A DNA stretch of 62,373 nucleotides, the filler included, from Choristocarpus tenellus KU-1152 (Eukaryota > Protista > Phaeophyceae): the NCBI GenBank assembly GCA_964200185.2. It is 13 parts of 13 records of this genome, joined end to end, with 100 filler letters (N's around TTAATTAATTAA, not from the genome) between each part and the next. Parts side by side here need not be neighbours in the genome. Positions count along the whole stretch, not along the records: positions 37,115 to 43,974 come from CAXNAD020007201.1; positions 44,075 to 49,689 come from CAXNAD020010242.1; positions 49,790 to 54,601 come from CAXNAD020012966.1; 10 more parts are not named here. One strand, written 5' to 3'. Below the pieces are notes generated by a model, which saw nothing but the letters and a program-made list of their open reading frames with translations, searched no databases and was not told the DNA's origin. The position numbers and the translations under genes were made by a program. Shown here in pieces: positions 39,899 through 52,600 of this stretch (position 1 is the first letter of the stretch; every line of letters starts with the position of its first letter).

Positions 39899-40619
39899 CT
39901 GCGAGGTTGAGTGACCCGACGAATGACTTGATATTTCTTCGGAGGGTGGTAGTCGCCGGGCGAGAAGGAAGATTGGCAGCGATACGTTATGTCAGCAAAT
40001 ATTATTATTTTTTCCCCTCACTCACATTGAGCTTGGCTCCTTTTATCTCAAGTGTAACCCGGTCCACAGGAGGTATTGGCAAGGAGTCTGGCATCCAACG
40101 GATTCGGTGAGCCCGGATTCCTTCCTACCAATCCAATTGGTTGTTGACTCACTTCCGAAAACTCCCTTGGCCCAAAAATATACACTTACTCCACCTTCGA
40201 CTAAGTGAGAAGAACTTCGAAAGGTAAACAGGGACCGCGATACACCCTTTTCTCTCTCTTCAAGATGTCCTTGCCATTGTAACCATGATAGATAGTCAAT
40301 CAAGATTGGAATGAAGGTTGTGCGAATAGCAAAAAAAAAAGAGTTGGTGTTTACAGTATTTGTATTTTGTATTTTGTATTTTACATATATATATTATTTT
40401 TTATGCCGTTTCACATTTTGGAGATGTGTTAGGGGAAGAGCCAGTTCAATATAATAATATATATTATCATGGTTGACATTTTGCAGATATATCGGGGGAA
40501 TTCGATATTTGTTTTGAGTTTGGTTTGGTGTTTATCAAGTTTATTCCTCTTTACTGTATACCACTTCTTGTTCTGTGTTGGATGAGGACATAGTAGTAGG
40601 AGAGGATCATCAGGAGAAC

Positions 40620-42647
40620 ATGGCAGAGGAGGAATACGCAGAAGGTGCAGACCAGCCGACGAGTGATGGGGAAGAGGTCGACCATAGCTATGACTCTCTG
40701 CCCAGAGAGACTGGACAGGGGACGAGACAAAGGGAAAATGAAGAGGAGGAGGACACGCTTGGTGCCGGCAAGGCATCTTTTGGGGATGACCTAGAGACGC
40801 TGGATCGAAGGAGAACCGAGGAACTTAAGCTGATCGGAAAATTTGACTCGTGAGTCTGCGCCTTCCTTTCAGATAACATGCCACTCGATGCTTCTCGTCC
40901 CATGTACAAGTCCTCCTTATGGAGCGGACCATTGGTTTACCTCACCAAATTGCAACCTGTAGTTCGTTGAGGACCGATCAATGCACTATTTGCATATGGG
41001 CTTGTGCAGTACGATTTTGCAAAAGGTGTAGTCCCTGAGTTTATTTATGGGCAAGTAGTGATTGGCTGGGTGAGGTGTTGTCAGACCATTAATTTGCTCT
41101 TTTGACAATAACAAAACACCAACAGTCCAGTATTTCTCCTGCAGTCCCCATAGGTTGCTTGTGACCTATGCCGACATGTTGGCGAAGACCATTCTTAGTG
41201 GGGCCAGCTTAGCCCTTTTTCATTGCATTATCATCCCCGTCTCAACACTGACACACTTGTAACACCTTGATCCTCCCTATCGTTGGTGGATGCAGTTCTT
41301 CGATCAACCCTCGACGAGAGTGTTGGTTCCTTGTGGACACCAAGTGGCTGGAGCGCTGGGCCAAGTTTGTGCGTGGGGAAGGTCCTCCTCCTGGGTGCAT
41401 CACAAACCAAGGTTGGTTACCTTTGCTGGTGGTAGGCAAGGTGGTGCCGCTTTCGCAGTTGAAAGGAGAAAAATGCCCGAATAGGCACTTGTTGCCGAGA
41501 ATATACTGCCTTCTCCTCACGTAGCTTGTAGACTTCTGTCCCTGCTGGTATCGTCAGACCTGTGATTCCCACCCTTTTCCATCCCGGATAGAGACTAGTG
41601 GACTCTGATGGAGATGACCCCGTCATGTTCTGAGTATGTGAAGAGATTTTGATATATGTGTACATAGTTTATGATACTATGAGATGAAATACTCGTGAGG
41701 TGAGGATTGATCTAGTGCTCGTCATTCGATGTCTGGATCCTCCTTCTCATTTTTATTTCATCCTTGCACTGCTTAACGTCCTACGCACAGGTTTATTTTT
41801 TATTTTTTGTTCACCAATAGCGTAGCTGGTGGAATACGCCACGATTTTATCACCCCAATAGTAAGAGAAATATGCCCCCTGATATCTCGTTGCTGAAACT
41901 GTCAAGTCAATACTACGCATTCCCACCTACCCCTACCCTTTCACCAGAACATTTTTTCTGTCCTTTTTATTTTGGTGACAGTGCTAGTTAAGGAGGATCT
42001 CAAGACACCTGCAGAGGGCTTGATATCTAAAGTCCACTACAGGGGGGTCAATCCTACCGTGTGGTATTTGTACAACGAGATGTACGGGAAAGATGCCGCT
42101 CGCGAACTGTGCAGGTGATGCATGCCTGCAAACACGCCTACACATGCACAGGCACGCACACAAACACATTTACAAAACCTCCCAAAAGAACTACTGCCCA
42201 TGAACAATTTGGTCTTGTTACTTTTAGTTAATTGCACCTTGCTCTGAGGGACCCTCGCTTAGAAGGTCATCATTAGAGTGCATTTATGTTGTGGAATTGT
42301 TATCCAAATCACCTCCCATCCAGCAGCTTAAGGATGCTACCACTTGTGTGTGTTATGGATAAGAAATTATCCAGCTTGTATTGTGTTCAGTAAAAAAAAT
42401 CATAAATTGATACCGAGTGAAGTTACGCCAGAGCCCGTGAGGTTGCACTGCTAACGCACCAATCAATCATCTCTGTCTCCTGTCCATGCTCTCTATGATT
42501 ATCTCTATGATCCTGACCCTGCTCTCTATGGTTCGTGTTCATTGACTCGTTTGTTTAAGGTATGTGATTGACATCTACGAGGAGGAGGTCCCAGGCAAGT
42601 ACAAGCCAGAGATTTGCGAGGCACCAAAGAGGAGAGCACAGGTTGAG
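40620..42647 (+). CDS. DUSP-domain protein (domain present in ubiquitin-specific proteases) with acidic N-terminus; 3' end not seen
   Basis: Exons 40620-40849, 41296-41411, 41982-42114 and 42560-42647 are in frame: WFLVDTKWLERWAKFVRGEGPPPGCITNQ...HYRGVNPTVWYLYNEMYG, matching the DUSP pattern W-x-L-V-x3-W-x3-W...PGxIxN...W-x6-YG. The start codon is tentative. Confidence 0.8.
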
Positions 42648-43897
42648 GTGCGATGCCGTGATGTCACTCCTTGGTCCTAAAATGAGTAACACTGACTGGA
42701 GAGAGTAAAGACTTCACTTGCAAGAAAGTTTTTTTTTGGGGGGGAAAGAAAGCAGAGAGGTAGCTGTTCTTTGTTGGATACATCTATTTTCCCTAACCCT
42801 AACCCTAAGTCCTGCTCTCATTGATTGAAGGCAAACGTTTTTTTATAGTTGGCAAAGTGAGGAGATTAGATGGGAAAGAGAATGGACTTCTTGGGAAATG
42901 GAGTGCAATAAGGGCTAGGGAATATTAAGGAGGTTAAGGTTAAGGCCCCTTTAATTGGAATGTGTGGGTTGCAACGATTGAAGATTGAGGGAAGGGAGGG
43001 CGGGTTCTGAATTGGAGCTGTGTCATGTATTGAAACAGTAGGGCTGTGTTTGTCAAGGATGTGTTGTCTGCTATTGCTTTGAAGGAACAAAAAGGTATTC
43101 AAGGGACCAGTGTCAACTGATCGGGTTGGAGCAATGACCTTGTTTAATTCAACTTGAAGACACTATATCTGCCCTGCAAGTGTGGAGTTTCATTATTGAA
43201 CAAAAAAGTAGTGGGTAGGTCCTGATGAAGGTATTGGATAACAAATATGATTTTTTACAGATTTTGATTTCCTTGATATAACTCGGTTTGCAGTGAGCAC
43301 CTCTCTGAAACCGACCCTAGGCATTGATTGCTCCAAGGGTTTACGTGAATTAGACTGGGCTATCAACCGCCTCGATTGTCAGAGTAGAGTCCCAGACTTT
43401 TTGTACTACTTTTTTCCCTCTCTTGTGTGGTCTTGCTTGTGTCCTTGGCAATATTAATCCTAGGGGGACTGCAGCACTGTGCTTTATTTACACTTTACAA
43501 ACGTAGAGTCTTCTCAGTACAACTCATGACCAGTGACAAGGTCTGTTCGGGGCTCATTTCGTATTCAACTTGCGACCTCCTTTTGAAGTCAACCTCCTTA
43601 TCGATTGTTTTTAACGCTCAGAACCCCACCTCACATGATCAATGCTGTCTAATGGTCGAACAGGTCAATGCTTCGCTTTTTGACACCACTTCCCAAGTGG
43701 CTCGCCATGCTTCACTCCGTTACAACTATTTGTAGGATAGTCAAGTAGTAATATGATGCACTTCACATCAGTGAACTACTTGTCTGAGGTAGCCCTAACC
43801 CTTGTCCTACCCATAACCTAAACCCCCATCATCTTGTGAATTTTCTGTTTCGCTTTTGGCCTGATTGACTGTTGCACAAATGTGGTGCGCCATATAT

Positions 43898-43932
<35 letters not shown>

Positions 43933-44074
43933 GAGAAAAGGGGGGGGGGGGGGGGGGGGGGGGAGGGGGGAGAGNNNNNNNNNNNNNNNNNNNNNNNNNN
44001 NNNNNNNNNNNNNNNNNNTTAATTAATTAANNNNNNNNNNNNNNNNNNNNNNNNNNNNNNNNNNNNNNNNNNNN

Positions 44075-44147
44075 ATTACATCAAAATCGCAACATTGGAT
44101 TTTGGCCCCCAAATGGACGCGGCTCTACCCTCTAAGATACTTTGGCT
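44075..44147 (+). mobile_element. MITE family A, right end at contig start
   Basis: CAAAATCGCAACATTGG...TACCCTCTAAGATACTTTGGCTC. Confidence 0.85.
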
Positions 44148-44470
44148 CTTACCCCTGATTGTACCTACTTGGTTTCCCTTGCTCCCATAACAGAAACACA
44201 TGGACTCCGCTGGCCTTCACTACGTCCCATTCTCGACTTCTGGGGTCTAACCACATTCTTCAGATCCCCCTCACCCTTGGTCCCTTGGCATGCCCATCTG
44301 TGTGAAATCGGTGTAAGGGTCACTGTAGAGGACATCATGCAGACCAGCATCCCTTGTCCTCTCTGTGTTGCCCTCCAACTCTCCAAAGTCATCATATGAA
44401 TGAAGCATGTTTTTGCACTATGCAACAAGTGAAAAATAAGTTATCTATCTTCTTCCTGTGCGAATATGGT

Positions 44471-45600
44471 AGTGACAGCCTGCATCCCCCACGATGAGCC
44501 CATTTTCATGGCGAGCTCGTGGGGGGTTGTGCTGGGGAGAGACGAAGCTCTGAGAGATGTCACTTCGCAGGAGGTGCTGAAGTCTAGGAGGCGGTTCCGA
44601 GTCCCATTTGTTTTCTTTGAAAATTTAAGTGAAAGAGGTACAAACTCGGGGGTGGCTTAGTTGTTGAACCGCAGGTGCCATCGGACGCCCTGGCATACCC
44701 ATGAAGTTGAAGGTAAGCATACCCACCAGTAGAGTTTGTGTGTGAAAGGGCTACCTCGATAGGACGCATAGATTCAACCGCCCTTCAATCTGACAGTACT
44801 GGATGCGACTTGCCACCTGCAGGTGCGATCAGTTCTCCAAATCCTAGTCAGGGCAAAGATGATATATCGAGCAACTTTTCGGTATATCTGAGAGCACAGC
44901 ACAAACCACGTTTCACCACTTCTGTTAGTGTTTTGTGCGTGATGTGTACTCTAAATGGATTTATCTACCAAGGGCGAAGATTTTGGGGAGGTCATGCGCA
45001 CGTTTAGAGCTATGGGACTTCCTGGTGCTATGGGTTCCGCTGATGCATCACATGTGCGGTGGGAGAGGGCGCCCAATAGTGTTACCCCGTATTACATCGG
45101 TAAGGAGGGTTACGTGACGGTTGCCTATGAAGTGACCGTTGACCATACTGGACTTGCACGGGGAGTGACTGCTGGGTTTCCTGGAGCTAAAAACAATAAG
45201 AAAATCATTCGATATGATGGTGCTATCGAGAATCTTGGGGATGATCCCACATTAAGATAGCTGGAGTACAAGCTTAGGGACTCTGACGGAAACTATTACA
45301 CCGGGAAAGGGGTCAATATTGTTGTCGATGGGGGCTACCACAAGGTGGCGGGAAATACGAGACTGTACGGCCATGCCTATGTTAGAGTTAGCTCCTGTGA
45401 AAATGAGTGCTCATGAAACTAGCAAGTCAACAGTCCTTTGCCCAACTCGATCTTTGCATTTGCAGTGGAGGTGCACAATATGCCCCCTGGCATCTGTCAC
45501 ACAGACACAGGCAATATGGAGCAAACGTATGGAGAGTGTACGCAAGGATATCCAGTGTTTTTTTGGCAAAGTCAAGCGCCGCTTCAGAATCCTCAAGCAA
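44471..45600 (+). mobile_element. Decayed PIF/Harbinger-type DDE transposase (Plant_tran / DDE_Tnp_4-like) with introns
   Basis: RRRFRVPF, GRPGIPMKLK, MGLPGAMGSADASHVRWERAP, VDGGYHK|WR and WSKRMESVRKDIQCFFGKVKRRFRILK. In-frame stop at 45258-45260; intron 45345-45465; donor at 44713. Confidence 0.85.
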
Positions 45601-45721
45601 AAGAGAGCTACTCAAGTAGAGTATTTTGCTTTGTGTTGCATGGATGTATTTATTAGCGGAGTGAGCACAGCCCTTGGTGGTGGGGGGTACTCTCTCTTAT
45701 TATCTTATTGTTTATTGCATA

Positions 45722-45985
45722 TGTCAGCTGACATATCAAAACGTATCCTGCCGTTACATCGTACTATTTCACTTATCCTGTCTAGCTATTACACTACGTC
45801 AGTAAACCTCCATCAGTCCATTTATAACAAGCAATAAGAAGCCGATCATCTGAGATTCGAACCCATTACTCTAAGCAGACGAAACCAAATCAAGCACACT
45901 TGTTCCACTTAGTCAACACTCCTGTTGTTCTGAGAAGGTCACTAAACAGCTATAAACCATATAGATTATCAGTCTATATTGCACA
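45722..45985 (-). repeat. Copia 3' LTR (264 bp)
   Basis: TGTCAGCTGAC...TATATTGCACA, with adjacent PPT at 45986-45992. Confidence 0.85.
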
Positions 45986-48229
45986 CTCCCCCATGAGCGT
46001 GTAGCAGAGTTGCTGACAAAAGCTCACTCTCAACGCGAAAGCACGGAATGCACAAAATAGAAAAGAAACTCTTGCGTGAAGACTTGGTTAACACATTTGC
46101 CAATTGCTTGCGTGTTGGAATATACTTAATGCCAAAAGTCCCCTTCTTTCATAACCTGACATTTCCTTCTCCATGACCTCCTGCCGCTGATCTGCATTTG
46201 GCACATTCAAGGCCGCCTTGGTTGTAGATGGCTCGTCTAGACCTGCTGTTACTTCCCCCATGAGGCCCATAAAGTAGTACACTTCTTCGTTGTTCTGCTG
46301 CATGAGAGTTGACACAAAGTGGTTTATGTCTGTTTCTTCACCTTCTTCCTGATCACATAGTTGAGATGTATAGGCTACCGCTGGTGTTGCTCCAGCCTGG
46401 CAGATCTCCGAAGTCCAGAGTGTGGGGTCAGGTGCTTGGCTGCCATCTGTACAGCCCTATCCATGCGCTGGCGTTGTCCCATCTTGGGATAAATTCCTTG
46501 ACTCTGGGGGGATGCTGGACGCATTGCATCGTGAGTCCCACGCCCAATACTTTGGCTCTCACTCCCAGTCTCACTCCCTGTTGTGGAAGCCTCTTCTTCA
46601 TTTTTCATGCCCATGTCCATGTCGTCATCAAACTCTGATTCCTCCAGTATGTCCAACTCTGGCTCCCCCATAAGCTCCAGCAGTTTGGCTTCAGGCTAGA
46701 AAGTCACTTGTGCTGAGGTCACCAGCTTACCCTCCTGTGGATCCAGATGTGCCACCATTAATGACGCCCTGTCATGTGTCCAACAATGATCCCCCGCTTT
46801 GCATATGGGTGGAACTTGGCATTAGCACCGCGCTGTTGCTTGGTTTGGTGTACAAAACACTCAGTCCCAAATACTTGAAGCCGCTTGTAGTTGAAGGTTG
46901 TGTTGGTCAGGCGCTCATATGGTGTCTCGCCTCCCAAGTAATCGTGCGGCATTCCAGTGGTCTTGAATGTGGCGTCTGCCACTGCAAAAAAACAGAACTC
47001 CTCCCCCAGTCCAGCCATAATCAACTGGCTGCGCACAGCTTGCACAATCTGTTTGATTGCCCTCTCAGCAATTCCATTGCTCTGGAGCGTGCGTGGTGGG
47101 CTCTTACGCCATTTTACACCCCGCTCTGTTAACATATGCTGGAACCTTATGCTCCTTCCGAACTCGCCAGCACCATCTCCACTGATGCATCTCACTACCA
47201 CCCCATCCCGAGCCCTTTCATCTATGTAGGCAGCAGTGGCCGCTGTAGCGGCGTCCTTGGTACGCAGTCCTATCACACGCTTTTCCCTGTTAGACCCGTC
47301 CACGAACACCTGGAATATTTCTTTCCTGTCAGGTCCGGGTGAAAAGTTCCCTCCATATCTTTGTGCACCACCTCCCCCACTGTCTTGGGACTGCGGCCTC
47401 CCCGTGTGTAACTGAGCGCTTCAGACTTGCACTCCTTGCATACCTTGCAGTGAAGTTCGGAGGCGACTGTAGCATCTGCGATATCCAGGAGTCCTCGTTT
47501 TTCAAGGTGCTTTATCGCAAAGGGGTTGAGGCGACCCATTATTTTATGCTAGTCGAAGAGGGAGAGACACTGTTGTTTATTGGCGTAGCTTGCATTGACG
47601 TTGGGCTGGCCCTTCTTCCTATTGTCTTCCTGAAAATAGGCCTTCAGCATCAGGAAGGCTCACTTCTCCTCCAAATGGATCTTGGCTGCCCCTTTGTTGG
47701 GTTGAATGTAGCTTCTTCCAAACCCAGAGTCCACAAATTCACCTCCATTGCGCCGCAGTCTGCATGGTAGACCAGGTACTCAGAGCACATACCGGTAGCA
47801 CAATCTTGGTCGGCTTACCCTTTGCGTTAGTGGCCTCGAATATCATCTTGCCTGTAGCTTGTGCTTCCAGTGTACCTCTATTACCAAAGGTGCAGGTGCG
47901 AGTGATCTCTGTTGCTGCAGTGAGGTCCTGCAGTCTTGGGGTAAGATGTGCATTGACTCCCAAGTCACATAGGAGGCTAATGGTGTCTGTCTTGGTCATA
48001 TCTTGAGTTGATGATAAGTGTACTGCTTCAACCAGCCTGTCATATACATCCTCCCCTACAGATACATTCATGGTCAAGAAAGCTTTTGATGATCCCTGAC
48101 GATTTGTCTTGCCTCCCCCTCTGCCACCACTGCTCTTTCTTTTGTTTGGCGGTGGTGGGAATTTTGGTTTCGCCATCCCATGGGGACGCTTAGCAGGGGG
48201 TTGTCCATTCAAGTACGAGCGGCATTCTC

Positions 48230-48459
48230 TGTCAGCTGACACATCAAAACGTATCTTGTCGTTACATCGTACCATGCCACTGTGTATCTATGTCCATTTA
48301 TATCAAAGAAAAAAAACCGATTACCTGATATTCGAACCCGATAGTCTAAGCACAAGATGGCAATCAAGCACACTTATTCTACTTAGTCAACAATTCTGCT
48401 ATCTAGTATTAGTGACAAAATAAATATAAATCATATAGACTATCAGCCTATATTGCACA
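48230..48459 (-). repeat. Second, diverged copia LTR (230 bp)
   Basis: Same termini as 45722-45985, with many internal substitutions and indels. Confidence 0.8.
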
Positions 48460-49557
48460 GGCTCATGCAAAACCTGCAAAATAATGGATGTTCTTCCTCC
48501 TCATCCTCCTCGTCTACCAAAGCGTAGATGAGCACTATCACAGATGGGTTCATCATCTGCCTAAATCTCGCCTACGATCTAAAAGTAGATTCCTCGAAAG
48601 ACGATGAACTGAAAGACAATGAACTCAAGGATGATGAACTGTTGGACGATGACATTCGGTCTCTCTCATGATTTTCATCCATTTTGTACATCTTGTACCA
48701 AATGTTGTATACGTAATAACTCTTTCCTCCCAAGTAGTATGCGACGAATAACAACAGATGTTGAATCCAAAACCAACAATTCCTTTCCGATTTGCCTCGT
48801 TCAGAAATGCCCACAAATGCCAAAAAGCAAAACCAAACGGCCCTGAAAACCTGCGGATAAGAGATGGTCTTAAGGGTCCTTTGTGATATTGGTTCGGTTT
48901 TTTTCCTGAAATATCTGCGAAATGTCAGAGGGCATAATTATATATTACTCAACAAACCTGTTTAACAAAAGTTGTGAGCATTTTTTGTACTATTAGTCAA
49001 AGTAACCGAGAGGTATCAAGGGCTGTATATTAAGGATGTTGACACGTATGTGCAAGTTTAGGTGGGGATGATTTAGGGATAGTCTGTGATGGATGTGGAG
49101 TATTACAGAGGGTTGTGGAGTGTAATGGACGGAGGTAGGGTGTTTTGGGAGGATTAGTATTAGGGTAGGTTCAAGGAAATTGACTATTGTGTCGTGATTG
49201 GATACCAATGGCGAAAATGGATTGCATTGGTTGCGACTGGATGGTTATGACCACAAATCAATTGGGGAGACTAGTCGCATTGGTTGGTCATTGTATATCA
49301 GCGGAGGAAAATGGACGCACTGGTTGATGGCGGCATTGTTTGGTGAACGGAAACCAGTTGCGAAACCTGGTCGGTTGGTCGCTGTATACTGGTGGTGGAA
49401 ATTGACTGTAGTGGTTGATTACTGGACTGTAATGGTGAAAAAAAAAACAGTGACGGGAACTGGCCTCACTGGTAACTGAATTGTTTTGTGACGGGAAACC
49501 AGTGGCAGGAGTTGTCCACAGTTGTTAGTACATGGTTAAGCGGAAAGTGGCCGCAGA

Positions 49558-49689
49558 GAGTGAAAATATCTTAGAGGGTACGAGCTTTGCCCTGTTTGGG
49601 ACTTGGCTTCCCTCGGGTTTTTTATGACATTTTCCTACTCCAAAATATTTAGGAGTAGGTAAAATGTATGCGTTATGAAAAGGTGTGTC
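49558..49689 (+). mobile_element. MITE family A, left end at contig end
   Basis: GAGTGAAAATATCTTAGAGGGTACGAG...GAAAAGGTGTGTC. Confidence 0.85.
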
Positions 49690-52600
49690 NNNNNNNNNNN
49701 NNNNNNNNNNNNNNNNNNNNNNNNNNNNNNNNNTTAATTAATTAANNNNNNNNNNNNNNNNNNNNNNNNNNNNNNNNNNNNNNNNNNNNGGTATAACGGT
49801 ATATGGCATACGGCAATACGGTATAATAACAGACAAACATGCTTTCCACACAAGGTAAACGAGATATATCCAGGTTTGACCGTTTTTGTGATTTAAGATA
49901 TTTATTTACATTTTATAACAATTCCCTTTATTCTATCGATGAGAAATTAAGACTGTGTATGGTGTTGGCGGTCACCTCTATGATGTTGGCGGTCGCCTCT
50001 AGGATAAGATCGACCTTGATTAATTTCGAGGTGATGGAAGCCGTCCTAATCGGTGATCAGCATACCATATTAAAGCTGAGTCCAAATGCTGTTGATTGGG
50101 GCAAAGAAACCCGGTCGCAAATTACTTTTTGTTGAGTTAGGACATGCCGAAAGGTTCGGTTGAATTGCCAAAAAAATATAAATCGTTGAAAAACGTATCG
50201 AGATTTTTTTTTGCGGTCGGATTTCTTAGCGGCAATTGATTGCTTATAATCTCAGCTTTAATTTGATATGCTGATCGCCAATAAGGTCGCCTTTACATCA
50301 CCTCGAAATTTTTCAAGACTTGTGATGCTATTATAAAGGTGACTGTTAACAATATAATGTGAGAGACTTTCGGAGCTTAACCTTCGCACACAGCTCACTA
50401 CAACGTAGATAATCGGTACAGAACTTGAGATAATAGCTGCGGAAGGCCCTCTGTCGAAGGACATGCTGGATATCGCGGTGCGGTATCTACCTCCTTGCTT
50501 CAAGTTTCACATAAGTCGAAGGCTGAGGTTGGGCAGAGCGTACGTGCTGGTGATAGCCGTGTGTCGAGAGGGGGACTCCCTTGATCGAGTGGACCAGTCA
50601 ATCACTGCGGAACAAGAAATCAAAGAGGGGTCGTGATAATGACGTCGGAGAGGGTGTATTCTTAACCGAGCTCAATTATGAGGGCTGGCTGGCTGGCTGG
50701 CTGGCTGGCTGCTGGCTGATGAGCTTTTAGGGATAACAGTGGAGCTACAATAAAAATTAAGAGTCTAGGGTCGTACACACAGAGAGATGAGACATTGAGG
50801 ATCACGACTCTTCTTCTCCTGTGAAAAAAGTCGTCCTGGAGAGGAGAAACAGCCCTCCAACCCATATACTAGACGACGGACAGACAGATGTCTTAGTAAC
50901 TTTATTTTAGTGAGGAATATCGCCCTCTCACCCAGCGCACCACAACCTATATCTAATAATGGTATGAGTGATTCAGGGGTAACATCAACGTTTTTTCCGA
51001 CAAAAAACTCCACTCCGATCAAAAGTTAGAGCAGGGCAAATTCTGTCATAGAGGGGACTGACAACACCATAAAAAAGTATAAAGAGCATTGATTTCTGTG
51101 TTATTTGAGAAATTTTGACAGAATTCAGAAAATTCCCTCCACGCATTTGTACAATAAGCCGAAATAAGAAATTTGCACATATTTTCCGGTATCCATAAAA
51201 TCGAAATCTGGGTACCTCTCGTCTACTTTGGCTCACTCACAGAAATGAGTTGGCTAAGTGTTGAAGGCTTCAAGCCGTATTGTAGACACATGGTGCCAAC
51301 ATGTCGTGTTAAGTTTTGCCTATCAGATTGCATCACCTACCATGTGGAGGGCATCTCTGTTGTAAGCCTCACTACATTAGGGTTGCGCTTGACGGATTGC
51401 TGGCATTAAAATGTCCATTGGTGATCACCCCCCGCAATGATTCGTCCTGTGGGAGAATATAATTGTAGGGAATGTACACAATTGTGAACTTTTGAAGGGT
51501 GTTCAAGCGTCATCCAAGAAAGTATAAACAACAACGAAGGACTGGGAAGTGGTCTATTATCAAGTCGCTGCCGACTATGTACTCTTTGTATATCGAGTTG
51601 TAGTATCAGCATCACCAAGGACCAAGGTCCTGAGAACTTACAGGGAAATGAAAGAAGTCAAGGTCTCTTCATTACTCCATCTGAATATCGCTCATCACAT
51701 ATCATTGCAAAGACAAGAAGCAAAGTGTTGGACTTCCAGAACTATTGTTTAAGGCTGATCATGATTGGGAGTGTCCACTTTTCCATCGCAAATACAATGG
51801 AAGTATGTACACTGTAGTTTAGTCTGGACTGCTGTGCACATTACTTGAGGTTCTCTGTTCTATATAGTTGTAATGGCATGGACACTCCGCCTGGTCTACT
51901 GAATGAAGCTTTGCTCACATCGCCATAAATTCTGTTAGGTTGCATCGGGTTTAGCAGCTCCTACTATTCGCAGAGTTAGTTGCAAGCGTGGGGAAACGAC
52001 TCCCCAAGGTATTGATATTTAGGGAAATTGCTGATTGAAAGCACAAGCGAGCTGGGCAGGAGAAGAAATGGTGGACGTGCCTGCAAGATAGCCTTGAGGA
52101 TTTTGAGATCAAAGTTGAGAGATAGAGCTCAAGGGCAACCAGGTGGTATGAGTGTGTGGTTGGCGGAACAATAAGCATCATGGCTTTTCGCATTGCAAGG
52201 AAGCTGTGATATCAATCTTCGCCATATTATTTATTGAGCAGCATGTAAGGCGAACCCCAATCGACCATCGCCACCGTCTGGTGAACGCTGTTCTCTCATT
52301 GTCCTTCACATTTATGGGTTGAATCCTTATATGCGGCCATCCTTCTCCCCTTACATTCTGTTTTCCTTGATGTTACAGGTGTGCAAATTACCTTGGAGGT
52401 AATGCTATTTGTTAGTAGTGAAGATAAGAAGGTGTGAAGCCTCACACGATCCCCTTTGCTGAACGTGATTACATGGTTGAAATAGGAAGAGAGAGTGACC
52501 TTTGTGGGGTGTCTTCTCATTTTTTGTTTATTATTATTATTGTGTTTTCGCNNNNNNNNNNATGGATTCAATTCAACACAATAATCTCATATACACAAAA

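Larger units (their letters stand above)
45722..48459 (-). mobile_element. Ty1/copia LTR retrotransposon remnant (gag tail, protease, integrase; RT largely deleted)
   Basis: Related TG...CA direct repeats at 45722-45985 and 48230-48459. Polypurine tract (GGGGGAG on minus) abuts the left LTR. Protease-like CDLGVNAHL, zinc-binding HCKVCKECK, integrase core GDGAGEF...QSNGIAERAIK (ORF 46758..47309), FGTECFVH. Frameshifted. Confidence 0.9.

Noticed and set aside
50880-51022. LLDIGCG resembling a SAM-methyltransferase motif I
   Set aside because: Single short motif; flanking exons could not be joined into a methyltransferase fold.
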